Assembly (NCBI GenBank): GCA_040765305.1
Contig: JAXGRZ010000001.1
Coordinates: forward strand, 1-36,033
DNA from: Hyphomicrobiaceae bacterium
Lineage (GTDB): Bacteria > Pseudomonadota > Alphaproteobacteria > Rhizobiales > Hyphomicrobiaceae
Direction: 5' to 3'
Length of the DNA: 36,033 nucleotides
Positions within the stretch are counted from its first letter, which is position 1; every line of letters begins with the position of its first letter. Position numbers and translations under genes: made by a program. The notes beneath the pieces are model-generated. The model was not told where the DNA came from and searched no databases. It saw only the letters and a list, made by a program, of their open reading frames with translations. This document shows, piece by piece, positions 35,592-36,033 of the stretch.

Positions 35592-36033
35592 ATGCGTCCG
35601 GCCGAACTCACACCACTGTTCGCCTCCGCCCAGTCGCTGACGGGGATCGGGCCACGGCTGGCAATTCTGATGAAAAAAGCGCTGCGGCTACCGCCAGGCG
35701 TCGCTGAGCCACGCGTCGTTGACGTGCTCTGGCATCTGCCGACGGGCCTCATCGACCGGCGCGCCGAACCGGCGGTGGCGGACGCCACGGCCGGCACCAT
35801 CGTGACGCTGAAGGTGCGTGTGCTGAAGCACAAGGCGCCGCCACGCGGCAATGCCAAGGCGCCTTACAAAGTCGCGGTCGAGGATGACACGGGAAAACTC
35901 GACCTCGTGTTCTTCCATGCCGAACGCAAGTTCATCGAGCGGCAACTGCCACTCGGCGAGGAACGCTATGTTTCAGGTCGGCTTGAGCGATACGGCGACA
36001 ACCTGCAGATGGCCCACCCCGACTACATCGTGG
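35592..36033 (+). CDS. recG: ATP-dependent DNA helicase RecG (5' partial, runs off the window)
   Basis: Hand translation from the ATG at 35592: MRPAELTPLFASAQSLTGIGPRLAILMKKAL...VVDVLWHLPTGLIDRR...GTIVTLKVRVLKHKAPPRGNAKAPYKVAVEDDTGKLDLVFFHAERKFIERQLPLGEERYVSGRLERYGDNLQMAHPDYIV. This is a typical RecG N-terminus and wedge domain. It is absent from the ORF track because it has no stop in the window. Confidence 0.9.
   Translation, partial: MRPAELTPLFASAQSLTGIGPRLAILMKKALRLPPGVAEPRVVDVLWHLPTGLIDRRAEPAVADATAGTIVTLKVRVLKHKAPPRGNAKAPYKVAVEDDTGKLDLVFFHAERKFIERQLPLGEERYVSGRLERYGDNLQMAHPDYIV

Overview
High-GC (about 60%) alphaproteobacterial chromosome segment, probably Hyphomicrobiales/Rhizobiales. 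The order call is an inference from gene content and synteny: plsX-fabH-ihfA-merR, ctaA next to a DUF2842 gene, and a short-type argC. The window is mostly core housekeeping: ribA, rplM-rpsI, argC, ctaA, hemN, ihfA, fabH, plsX, yceD-like, Cbp3-like chaperone, bamE, mfd, sdhE and the 5' end of recG. There are two accessory-looking parts. The first is a 555-aa Ca2+-binding repeat protein with no signal peptide at the left edge, followed by a ~1 kb gene-free gap. The second is a compact, divergently organised Wzy-type polysaccharide locus (10.9-19.7 kb). It encodes a deacetylase, a PCP with a degenerate kinase-like domain, an OPX lipoprotein, one GT4, a priming transferase and a Wzy/O-antigen-ligase-like protein. 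I found no tRNA/rRNA genes, CRISPR array, transposase, integrase or recognisable defence system. The structure that genes do not explain is mostly non-coding. It includes a ~105-bp two-hairpin dispersed repeat family (3 clear copies plus 1 diverged) sitting at gene 3' ends and supplying stop codons. It also includes a REP-like perfect hairpin, a perfect 20-bp palindrome upstream of the TerC-family gene, a canonical FNR/FixK box with class II geometry upstream of hemN, and five tandem ~16-bp repeats between sdhE and recG. Many long ORFs in the six-frame track are antisense or alternate-frame artefacts of the high GC content. All functional calls rest on motif recognition by eye, with no database search.
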